Origin: Alphaproteobacteria bacterium | GTDB taxonomy: Bacteria > Pseudomonadota > Alphaproteobacteria > UBA828 | Length of the DNA stretch: 64,000 nucleotides | Direction: 5' to 3' | NCBI GenBank assembly: GCA_965220745.1 | Contig: CBDCQT010000006.1 | Coordinates: 32,001-96,000, forward strand | Shown here: positions 13,101 through 25,100 of the stretch, piece by piece | How the letters are laid out: each line of letters opens with the position of its first letter | How positions within the stretch are numbered: the first letter of the stretch is position 1 | The notes under the pieces: model-generated | Databases searched by the model: none | Told to the model about the DNA's origin: nothing | What the model saw: the letters and a program-made list of their open reading frames with translations, nothing else | Translations under genes and position numbers: made by a program

Positions 13101-16100
13101 CGAACCAGGACTGGGAGCAGTTCGAGCGGGTGCTCGGGCCCAAGGTGCTGGGTGCTTGGCGGCTGCACCGGGCAACGCTCGACCGGCAGCTCGACCTGTT
13201 CGTCCTCTTCTCCAGCCTGAAGGGCGTTGTCGGCAGTCCGGGCCAAGCCAACCACGCAGCAGCCAACGCCTTCCTCGACCAACTGGCGCGCCACCGGAGG
13301 GCGCTGGGCCTGCCGGGCCAGGCCATTGCCTGGGGGGCCTGGTCGGACATCGGCGAGGCCGAGGAGCAGCGCGAGCGCATCGCGTCCCGGCTGGCCACCT
13401 CGGGCGACGAGTGGATGGCGCCCGAGCAGGGCATCCGTGCTTTGGCGTGGCTCGTGCGCGAGGATGTCGGGACCAGCGTGGCGGCGTTCGTCGACTGGTC
13501 GACGCTTCCTTTGCGAGCACCTTGGATCGCGGAGGTGATGGGAATTGAGGAGGAGGTTTCCTCCGCAGGTCCGGAGCAGCATCTGGATGGGCAGTTTGCG
13601 GACAAACTCCTGGGCCGGCTACGGGAACTCGACTCCGAGGAACGCCGGGATGAATTGATCCAATTCCTCAAGGAACAGCTGGTCGAGATCCTGCGCCTGC
13701 GCTCCGCTCCGTCTCCCTCGGCGGGATTCTTCGAGCTGGGCATGGACTCGCTGATGGCGGTCGAGCTTCGCAACCGCCTGAACCAGGCCTTCCGCGGCGC
13801 GCTCGTCGTCTCCAACACCGCGGTGTTCGATCATCCCGACATCGCGCGCCTAGCCGAACACCTTACCAGCAAGATTGGCGGCGCGTCATCGGAGGTGCCG
13901 CGGGCGCGCGCCTTGCCCGCCGTCCGGGGCCTGGGCGACGAACGCATCGCGATCGTGGGCATGGCCTGCCGCTTCCCCGGGGCGGAGGACGCTGAGGCGT
14001 TCTGGGCGCAGCTTCGCTCCGGCACCGACCTGGTGACGAGGGGGCGCCCGGACGGGCTCTTCGTGGATGCGGAAACGGAGGCGGCGCGCCCCTTCGGCGC
14101 CTATGTGGAGGGCCTCGACCGCTTCGACGCGGGCTTTTTCCGAATCTCCCCGGTCGAGGCAGAGCTGCTGGATCCCCAGCAGCGGATGCTGCTCGAGACC
14201 AGCTGGGCGGCGCTGGAGGACGCCGGGATCGCCCCGGACGGGCTGCGTGGCAGCCGGACCGGGGTGTACGGAGGGGTCTGGATGATCGATTACCAGACCC
14301 TCCTCGCCGGGACGGATGGCGCTCCGGGGACGGACATTTACAGGGCCACTGGCGCCACGCCGTCGGCTGCGGTCGGACGGGTCGCCTTCGCGCTCGGCCT
14401 CGAGGGTCCGGCCATCACGGTGGACACGGCGTGTTCCTCGTCGCTGGTGGCGCTGCACCAAGCGGCAGCGGCGCTCCGTGCCGGCGAGGCGGACTTGGCG
14501 CTGGCGGGAGGCGCGAACGCGATCTTGAGGGCGGGGCCCACCAAGCTCATGACCGACGCCGGCATGCTCGCAGCGGATGGACGCTGCAAGACGTTCGACT
14601 CCGCGGCCGACGGCTTCGTACGGGGCGAGGGATGCGGGATGGTTGTGCTCAAGCGGCTTGCGGACGCGGAGGCGGCGGGAGACCGAATCTTGGCGGTTGT
14701 GCTCGGATCGGCGGTGAACCAAGACGGCGCGAGCGCCGGCTTCACCGTTCCGAACGGCCCGGCCCAGGAGCGGGTGATCGAAGAGGCGCTTGCGCGAACG
14801 GGCGTGGAGGCCGCCTCGGTGGACTACCTAGAGGCGCACGGCACGGGCACCGAGCTGGGCGATCCGGTCGAGGTGGCGGCGGCGGCGGCGGTGTACGGCC
14901 GGGGCCGGAGCCCGGACCGCCCGCTGCTGATCGGATCGGTGAAGACGAATGTGGGCCACTTGGAGGCGGCGGCGGGCGTGGCCGGGCTGATCAAGACGGT
15001 GCTCGCGATCCGTTCCGGGGTGATTCCGCGCCACCTGCACTTCGAGCGGCCCAACCCGCGGATGGACTGGGAGACCCTTCCGGTGCGGGTGACATCGGAG
15101 GAGACCCCTTGGCCCGAGGCGGACAGGCCGCGGCGGGCCGCCGTGAGCTCCTTCGGGGCTTCGGGCACGAACGCCCATGTCGTGATCGGGGGGTATACGG
15201 AAGAGCGCACGCTGTCGCACGTCGAGATCGCTACGCCGGCGTCCCTTGCTCCGAATGCCCCTGTGTTCCGTACCGTCGCCCCTCGACACCACCGCGTGCT
15301 CCCGCTCTCGGGGAAGTCCGAGGGCGCGCTCCGGCAGCTGGCCGGCCGGTACGAGGCCGCTCTCTCGGCGGGCACGGGGAATATCGAGCTCGCCGACATG
15401 GCTTGGACGGCGGGCATGGGCCGGAGCCACTTCCGGTATCGCTCCGGCCTAGTGTTCAGTGATCGCGCCTCCTTGGAGGAGCAGCTGGAAGTGGTGAGGC
15501 AGGGTGCCGTGGCACCGTCGCCCGCTGGCAAGATCGCCTTCCTCTACACCGGCCAAGGGAGCCAGTGGGCGGGCATGGGCCGGGACCTCTATGAGACCGA
15601 GCCGGTCTTCCGGGCAGTTCTGGACCGGTGCGAGGAGGTCTTCCGAGCAGAGCGCGGCAGATCGCTTCTAACAGTGATCTTCGAAGATGCCGGGCGGCTG
15701 GACTGCACCGAGTGGACGCAGCCTGCGCTCTACGCGCTGGAGACCGGGCTGACTGCGTTGTGGGCCAGCGTGGGGGTGCGGCCCGACATCGTTTTCGGGC
15801 ACAGCGTGGGAGAAGTCGCGGCGGCTTCGGCCGCCGGTGCCTTCGACCTCGAGACCGGGATGCGGTTCGCCACGCGCCGGGGCGCGCTGATGGGTTCGCT
15901 TCCCGATGGAGGTGCGATGGCGGCAGTGTTCGCCTCGCGCGACCGCGTCACAGCCGCGCTGGAAGGTGCGGTGTCGCTGGCAGCGGACAACGGCGCGCAC
16001 CAAGTCGTGAGCGGGCCGGCGGCCGATATCGAGGCGCTCCTGAAGCGCTTCGAAGAGGACGGACTGCGAGTGGAGCGTCTGCGGACCAGCCACGCCTTCC

Positions 16101-19100
16101 ACAGCGAACTGATGGAGCCGGTGCTGGCGGAACTGGAAGCAACGGCCCCCAGTGCCTCGGCACCGTCGGTGCGGTTAGTGAGCAATCTGAGCGGGAGGAC
16201 GCTGGAAGGCGTCCCCGACGGAGCCTACTGGCGGCGGCAGGCGCGCGAGCCGGTCCAGTTCGCGACGGCGGTGGGGACGCTGGCGGAACTGGAGGCAGGG
16301 CTTTTGCTGGAGATCGGGCCCCATGGCGTGCTGGGACCGATGGCGGCGCTCGCCTGGCCGCACGCCGAGGTGCCTGCCGTGATCCCGAGCCAGCGGCGCG
16401 ACGGGAAGGGGGACTTCGCCGGGGCGGTGGCGGGCGCGTACGAGGCGGGTCTCGACATTGCCTTCGAGGGCCTGTTTGTCGGGGAGCGGCGGCAGCGGGT
16501 TTCGCTGCCTGCCTATCCGTTCCAGCGGGAGCGCTACTGGATTTCTCCGTCCCCGCGTTTGCCGACGGAGGCGGGACATGCGCTTCTGGGTGTGCAGCGG
16601 GATTCGCCCGATGGCGAGCACTCCTTCGAAAGACAGCTGAGCAGTCGGGATCCGGCATGGCTCGCCGACCACCGTGTGCTCGGCGAGGTCATCGCACCCG
16701 GCGCGCTTTACGCGGCGCAGGTGGCCGAAGCGCTGCGCGAAACGCGCCGCGAACTTCCAGTCGTGCTCGAAGAGAGCACGATCACGCGCCCGCTCGTGCT
16801 GTCGGGCGATGAGGGGCGACTGGTCCAGGTGGTTCTCGCCAAGGATGGCGGCTGGAGGGTCTTCAGCAGGAAGGCGGGCGGGGGATGGGAGACGCACGCC
16901 GAAGGCCGCTGGGCGCCGTTCGCCGGAGCCGTGTCGGAGTCGGTTGACATCGGCGCGCTGAAGGGCGGCCTCGCCCAAGCAGACATCGAAGGGGGATACC
17001 TTGAGCTCGGTGCTGGCGGCCTCGATTACGGGCCTGCCTTCCGCGGCCTGGCCCGGCTCTGGTCGGGCTCCGGCGAGGCGTTGGGCGAAGTGCTGCTGCC
17101 GCCGGGCATGGAAAATCGGAGCCTGCTAGTGCACCCGGCACTGCTCGACGCCTGTTTCCATGCGCTGGGAGGAATGCCGGAGCTGGCAGGAGCGGGGGGC
17201 ACCTGGCTGCCGATCGGCTGGGACCGCTTCGTCCTGCGCGACGCGCTGCCGGGTCGCGTCTTCTGCCGGGCACTCGACCGCGGCGAAGGCGGCCATACGC
17301 GCCGAGTCGATCTCTGGCTCTACACCGAAGCAGGCGCGGAACTGGCGCATATAGAGGGCTTCGCGCTCCGACAAACGAGCCCGTCGGCGCTGGCGGGTGA
17401 CCGGGTCGAGAATGCGCTGCACGAGGTGGCGTGGCGCGAAGGGGCGGCCGTGGGACTCCGGAAGGCGGACTTCCTCGCCGAGCCCCAAGAGATCGAGTCC
17501 GGCCTAGCAGCGCCGGACGGATACCTCGAGGCGGAGGGCTGCGACAGCGCCTCCGTCGCCGAGTTGGGGCGGGAGTTGGAGCGTGAGTCCCGCCGGCTGC
17601 TGCTGCGTGCACTACACGAGCTGGGCTGGGAGCCCAGCCCCGGAGACCGTTTCGAGACCGACGAGTTGCGCCGCCGGCTGAGGGTGACCGAGGATCACGC
17701 GGGACTGTTCGGCCGGTTGCTGTCGGTGCTGGAGGAGATGGGGCTCCTCGACGGGAAACCTGGGAGCGGCTGGCACGTGGCAACCGCGCCGGAAGCGCCG
17801 GCGGAGCCCAAGTTGGGGTCGACCGACTTCGCAGCTGATTCCGTCGAGCTGGGCCTGCTCCGCCGCTGTGGGGAGTCGCTCGCCGATGTGCTCCGCGGCC
17901 GCGCCGATGCGCTGGACGTGCTATTCGGCGGAGAGCCGGGAGCGGCGAGCCTGTATCGCGAAGCGCCCGCCATACGGGCGTTGAACCGCAGAGTCGCGGA
18001 CGCCGTGCGCACCGCCGCCGCCCGGCTGCCGGAAGGTCGGCCGCTACGGGTGATCGAGATCGGCGCAGGGACGGGTGCAACCACCTCCGCCCTTCTAGAC
18101 GTCCTGCCGACCGACCGGACCGAGTTCACCTTCACCGACATCTCGACAGACTCGTTCCGGGATGCTGAGCGGGAGCTCGGCGAGCGGGGTGCGGGCATTC
18201 GCTTCCTAGCGCTCGACATCGAACGCGACCCGGCGGATCAGGGGTTCGCCCTCCACGGCTACGATCTCGTGGTCGCCGCGAATGTCCTACACGCGACCCG
18301 TGACTTGGCTGAGGCGCTCGCCCACTGTCGGCGCCTCCTAGCACCGTCGGGCTTGCTGGTGGCCGCCGAGGAAACCGCCCGCAAAGAGTGGCTGGACCTG
18401 ACCTTAGGCCTGCTGCCCGGCTGGTGGCGCTTCCAAGATGCGTATCGTTCCGACCACGCCCTAGCTGGGCCCACCGTCTGGCGCCAGGCCCTCGCGGACG
18501 CCGGATTTGGCGGGATCTCCCTAGTCGAGGATCCGTCCGGGGCGGTCCTGATCCTGGCGCGGGGGCCATCGGAGGCGGGGGCCGAAGACGGGCTGTTCGT
18601 GCTGGCCGGGGATGGCGAGCTGGGTGCCGAGCTGGCGGCGGAGCTGGATCGCCGGGGCAGTCAGGCGGTCGAAGGCCCCGCAGAGGGCGACCGGCAGGCG
18701 TGGCGCAGCTTCTTCGAGTCATTGCCCAGCGCATTCCCGCTACGGGGCGTGGCGTATCTCGGCGGGGTCCGGCGAGATGGCGCGGATCTTTCGACCCGGG
18801 AGCTCGAGGCAGACCTAGAGGCGGCGGGTGCTGGTGCGCTGGCGCTGGTCCAAGGGATGTCGGATGCGGGCGTGTCGGCCGTGAGCGGCACTTGGTTCGT
18901 GACTCGGGGCGGCCAGGTGATCGAGCGGGAGCGCCGCGGCGCGCTCGTGGGTGCCTCGTTGTGGGGCTTCGCGAGCGTGGTGGACCTAGAGCACGGGGAG
19001 CTGACGCCGCGCCTGCTGGACCTGGACCCAGAGTCTCCCGCGTCCGCCGACACGCTTGCCGACGAGCTGCTCTTTCCCGACCGGGAGACGCGCGTCGCCC

Positions 19101-22100
19101 GCAGGGGTAGATCCCGCTTTGTCGCTCGGCTGACGCGATTCACCGGTCGGGCCGAATTCGCATCGGCGCATGGGGAAGACGGTGCGGCGGGTACTGGCCA
19201 AGGCGAGGTCCGGTTGCGCGGGGACCGGAGCTATCTGATCACCGGGGGGCTCGGGGGGCTCGGGCTCGAAGTGGCGCGCTGGATGGCCGCGGCGGGAGCG
19301 GGTCCCATTGTCCTGAACGGATACGACCCGCCCGACGCGGCGGCCCAGGCGGCGGTTGCGGAACTCCGGGCGGGCGGTGCCGAGGTGCGCATTGAGATCG
19401 CCGACGTAACGGACGGGGAGGCGATGGCGGGATTGCTCCAGCGCATGGACGCCGAGCTCCCGCCACTGGCGGGCGTGATCCACAGTGTGGGAGCGCTCGC
19501 CGACGCGGCGTTGACGAACCAAGACTGGGAGCGGTTCGAGCGCGTCCTCGGGCCCAAGGTACTGGGAGCTTGGCGACTCCATCGGGCCACGCTCGAGCGG
19601 GAGCTCGATCTGTTCGTCGTTTTCTCCAGCGGGTCGGGAGTCCTCGGGAATCCGGGGCAGGCGAATTACGCGGCGGCGAACGCTTTCCTTGACCAGCTGG
19701 CGCGGCACCGGCGGTCGCTCGGCCTGCCGGGTCAGGCCATTGCTTGGGGGCCGTGGTCGGGCATCGGGGTCGCCGAGGAGCAGCGCGAACGCCTAGAGGT
19801 GGGGGCTGCTTGGTCCGTCGAAGAGTGGATCACTCCCGAGCAAGGCATCCGTGTCTTGGCTCGGCTCATCCGCGAGGATGTCGCAGCCAGCGTTGTGGGG
19901 TCCTTCGATTGGTCGGTGCTTCCGTTGCGGGCAGCGTGGCTCGAAGAAGTGATAGAGCGCGAAGAGGCCCTCTCGCCCGCTGCTCCGGTCGATCTCCTCG
20001 GGCGGCTCCGGGGACTCGCCCCCGGGGAACGCCGGGATGAACTGATCCGGTTCCTCGGGGAACAGCTGGTCGAGATCCTGCGCCTGCGCTCCGCTCCGTC
20101 GCCCTCGGCGGGATTCTTCGAGCTGGGCATGGATTCGCTGATGGCGGTCGAGCTTCGCAACCGCTTGAACCGGGCCTTCCGCGGCGCGTTCGTCGTGTCC
20201 AACACCGCGGTGTTCGATCATCCCGACATCGCGCGTCTGGCGGAACACCTCGCAGAAATGCTAGCCGGCGTGGAGCCGGAGGTGCCGCAGGTGCGAGCCT
20301 TGCCCGCCGCCCGGCAGCGCGGCGACGAGCGTATTGCGATCGTCGGCATGGCCTGCCGCTTCCCCGGGGCAGAGGATGCCGAGGAATTCTGGGCGCAGCT
20401 TTGTTCCGGGGCCGATCTGGTAACTAGGGGGCGTCCGGACGGCCTCTTCGTGGATGCCGAGACGCAGGCGGCGCGCCCCTTCGGCGCCTATGTGGAGGGC
20501 GTCGACCGCTTTGATGCGGGCTTTTTCCGGATCGCCCCGGTAGAGGCGGAGCTGCTGGATCCCCAGCAGCGGATGCTGCTCGAAACCAGCTGGGCGGCGC
20601 TGGAGGACGCCGGGATCGCCCCGGACGGGCTGCGCGGCAGCCGGACCGGGGTGTACGGCGGGTTCATGGCGAGCGATTACCAAGCTGTCCTGGCCGGGTC
20701 CGCGGAGGATCCATCGACCAACATCTACAGATCCACCGGTATCTCCGGATCTACAGCGATTGGCCGGATCGCCTTCGCGCTTGGTCTCGAGGGTCCGGCC
20801 ATGACGGTGGACACGGCGTGTTCCTCGTCGCTGGTCGCGCTGCACCAGGCGTCGGCGGCGCTCCGCGCAGGCGAAGCGGACCTAGCGCTGGCGGGAGGAG
20901 TGAACGCGATCTTGAGGTCGGAGCCGACCCGAATCTTCACTGACGCCGGCATGCTCGCGGCAGATGGACGCTGCAAGACATTCGACGAGGCGGCCGACGG
21001 CTACGTACGGGGCGAGGGATGCGGGATGGTTGTGCTCAAGCGCCTGGCCGACGCGGAGGCAGCCGGAGACCGGATCCTCGCGGTTGTACTCGGATCGGCG
21101 GTGAACCAAGACGGCGCAAGCGCCGGCCTGACGGTGCCGAACGGCCCGGCCCAAGAGCGCGTGATCGAAGAGGCGCTCGCGCGGGCGGGCGTCGAGGCCT
21201 CCTCGGTCGACTACTTGGAGGCGCACGGCACGGGCACCGAACTGGGCGATCCGGTCGAGGTAGCAGCGGCGGCTTCGGTGTACGGCCGGGGCCGGAGCCC
21301 GGATCGCCCGCTGCTGATCGGATCCGTAAAGACGAACGTGGGCCACTTGGAGGCGGCGGCGGGCGTGGCCGGGCTGATCAAGGCGGTGCTCGCGATCCGT
21401 TCCGGGGTGATTCCGCGCCACCTGCACTTCGAGCGGCCCAACCCGCGGATGGACTGGGAGAAGCTTCCCATCCGGGTGACGTCGGAGGCAACCTCATGGC
21501 CGGAATCGGAGCGGCCGCGGCGGGCCGCCGTCAGCTCCTTCGGATACTCGGGCACCAATGCCCATGTCGTGATCGAGAGCTATGCGGAGGAGCGCGACCC
21601 ACCGCTCGTAGAGGCTGGGACACCGCCGGAAGCGGAGGCAGATGAGCGCACCCCGCAGGCGGACGCGCCCCGCCGGAGCCGTCTGCTACCGATCTCGGCG
21701 AAATCCGCAGATGCGCTCCGTCAGATGGCCGGCCGCTACCGGGCCGCCCTCTCGGAGGACATTCCGCTCGCCGACATGGCGTGGACGGCGGGGGTGGGGC
21801 GGAGCCATTTCCGCTACCGCTCGGGCCTCGTATTTCAAGACCGGGCCTCGCTGGCGGAGCAGCTGGAGGTGGTCGGACAGGGAGGCGTGGCGGCCACGCA
21901 ACGAACGGTAGCGTTCCTTTACACCGGGCAGGGGAGCCAGTGGGCGGGCATGGGCCGGGAACTCTATGAGGCCGAGCCGGTCTTCCGGGCAGTTCTGGAC
22001 CGCTGCGAGGAAGTGTTCCGCGCAGAGCGCGGCAGGGCGCTTCTTCCGGTGATCTTCGAGGATGCCGAGCGGCTGGAGCGGACCGAATGGACGCAGCCGG

Positions 22101-25100
22101 CGCTTTACGCGCTGGAGAGCGGGCTGACCGCGCTGTGGGCCAGCGTGGGGGTGCGGCCCGACATCGTGTTCGGGCACAGCGTGGGAGAGATCGCGGCAGC
22201 GGCTGCGGCGGGAGCCTTTGATCTCGAGAGCGGGATGCGGTTCGCCACGCGCCGGGGCGCGCTGATGGGTTCGCTGCCCGACGGGGGAGCGATGGCGGCG
22301 GTATTCACAACCCGCGACCGCGTCGCCCCCGTATTCGGGGGTGAGGTGTCCCTGGCCGCCGACAACGGCGCGCACCAAGTGGTGAGCGGTCCGCAGGACG
22401 CGATCGCCGCCTTGGCCGAGGACCTCTCCAAGGAAGGGATTCGGGTGCAACCCCTCCAGACCAGCCACGCCTTCCACAGCGCACTGATGGATCCGGTGCT
22501 GGAGGAACTGGAAGCGGCGGCTCCTAGGTCCTCGGTACTGGCGGCAACGCTGGTGAGCGATGTCAGCGGGCGTGTCCTCGAAGGAGTCCCGGACGGAGCG
22601 TACTGGCGACGCCAGGCGCGCGAGCCGGTCCAATTCGCCGCCGCGGTGCGGACGCTGGCAGACTTGGAGGCGGGGCTTCTGCTGGAGATCGGGCCCCATG
22701 GCGTGCTGGGCCCGATGGCGGCGCTGGGCTGGCCGCAAAGCGAGGCGCCAACGGTGATTTCGAGCCAGCGGCGCGGCTCGAACGGGGACTTTGTCGGCGC
22801 AGTGGCGAGTGCGTACGAGGCGGGTCTGGACATTGCCTTCGAGGGCCTGTTTGTCGGGGAACGGCGGCGGCGGGTCTCGTTGCCCGCCTACGCGTTCCAG
22901 CGGCAGCGTTACTGGACCTCCGCTTCCCCGCGCCGGCAGTCGGAGGCGGGACACGCGCTGCTCGGGGTGCGTCGGGATTCCCCGGATGGCGAGCATTCCT
23001 TCGAGCGGCAGCTGCACAGCCGGGATCCGGCCTGGCTGGCAGACCACCGGGTGTACGGAAACGTTGTAGCGCCGGGTGCGCTCTACGCGGCGCAGGTGGC
23101 CGAAGCGCTTCGCGAAACGCACCACGGAGTCCAAGCCGTGCTCGAAGAGAGCGTGATCACGCGCCCGCTCAGGTTGTCGGACGATGAGGGCCGGCTGGTC
23201 CAGGTCGTGCTTGATGAGGACGGCGCTTGGAGGGTTGTCAGCAAGGATGCGGGCGGGCGATGGGAGACGCACGCCGCAGGCCGCTGGGCACCGCACGCCG
23301 CAGTCCCGTCCGAGCCGGCAGATCCCGCCGTGCTGCAGGAGGGCCTCGCCGAGGCGGACGTTGCAGGCGTGTACTTGGAGTTGGGCGCCTCTGGACTCGA
23401 CTATGGTCCCGCCTTCCGCGGCCTGGTCCGGCTCTGGTCGGGGCCTGGCGAAGCCTTGGGCGAGCTGCTGCTGCCGGAGGGATTGGAGAACCGGAACCTT
23501 CTCGTGCACCCGGCACTGCTCGACGCATGTTTCCGGGTGCTGGGGGGCGTTCCGGAAATGGCGCGACCAGGGGGGACGTGGCTGCCGGTCGGCTGGGACC
23601 GCTTTGTCCTGCACGAGGCGCTGCCGGAGCGGGTCTTCTGCCGGGCACTGGATCGCGGCGAGGACGGGCAGAAGCGCACAGCAGACTTCTGGATTTATAC
23701 GGAGACGGGCGAGGAGCTGGCGCGCATCGAGGGCTTCGCGCTCAGACAGGCGAGCCGGTCGGCGCTGTCAGGTGACCGGGCAGAGGAGATGCTGCACGAA
23801 GTGGTGTGGCGCGAGGGGGCAGCGGCGGGACTCCGGGAGGCGGAATTCCTCGCCGGGCCGGAAGCGATCGCTTCGGGCCTGGGAGGGCTGGACGGATATC
23901 TCGACGCGGAGTCCCGCAACGGGGCGTCCCTCTCCGCCCTCGGGAGCGAGCTGGAGCGTGAGGCTCGCCGGCTGCTGCTGCGCGGATTCCGGGAGTTGGG
24001 ATGGGACCCCAAGACGGGAGACCGTTTCGAGACGGACGAGTTGCGCCATCGGCTGAGGGTGACAGAGGATCACGGGCGGCTGTTCGGCCGGTTGTTGTCG
24101 GTGCTGGAGGAGATGGGACTTCTCGACCGGGAATCGGCGGGCGGCTGGCGCGTGGCAGCCGCGCCCGAAGCGCCTGGGGAGCTGGAGGCGGGGCCGGCTG
24201 ACTCCCAAGCCGAGTCCGTCGAGCTGGGCCTGCTCCGCCGCTGCGGGGAGTCGCTCGCCGACGTGCTCCGCGGCCGCGCCGATGCGCTGGACCTGCTCTT
24301 CGGCGGCGAGCCGGGAGCGGCGAGCCTGTACCGCGAGTCCCCCGCCGTGCGGGCGTTGAACCGCATGGTCGCCGACGCCGTGCGCGCAGCGGGGGCCGGC
24401 TTGCCGGAAAGCCGGCCGCTGCGGGTGATCGAGGTCGGCGCAGGGACGGGCGCGACCGCCGCCGCCCTCTTGGGCGTGCTGCCGGCCGACCGGAGCGAAT
24501 ACACCTTCACCGACATCTCGACGGACTCGTTCCCGGACGCGGAGCGGGAGTTCGGCGAGCGGGGCGCGGGCCTTCGCTTCCTAGCGCTCGACATCGAACG
24601 AGATCCGACGGATCAGGGGTTCGCTCCCCACGGCTACGACCTCGTGATTGCCGCGAACGTCTTGCATGCAACCCGAGACCTAGGTGAGACGCTCGCTCAC
24701 TGCCGGCGCCTGCTGGCCCCGTCGGGCGTGCTGGTGGCCGTCGAGGAGACCGCCCGCAAGGAGTGGCTGGACCTGACCTTCGGACTGCTGCCCGGCTGGT
24801 GGCGCTTCCAAGATGCGTATCGCTCCGACCACGCGCTGGTCGGGCCCCCCGTCTGGCGCCAAGCCCTCGCGGACGCCGGATTCGCGGAGACCTCCCTGCT
24901 GGAGGATCCGTCTGGGGCGCTTCTGATCCTGGCCCGGGGGCCGTCGGAGGCGGGGGCCGAAGGCGGGCTGTTCGTGCTGGCCGGGGAGAGCGAGCTGGGC
25001 GCCGAGTTGGCGGCGGAGCTGGAGCGCCGGGGCAGCCGGGCGGTCGAAGGCCCCACGGAGGCCGACCGGCAGGCGTGGCGCGGGTTCTTCGAGTCCTTGC

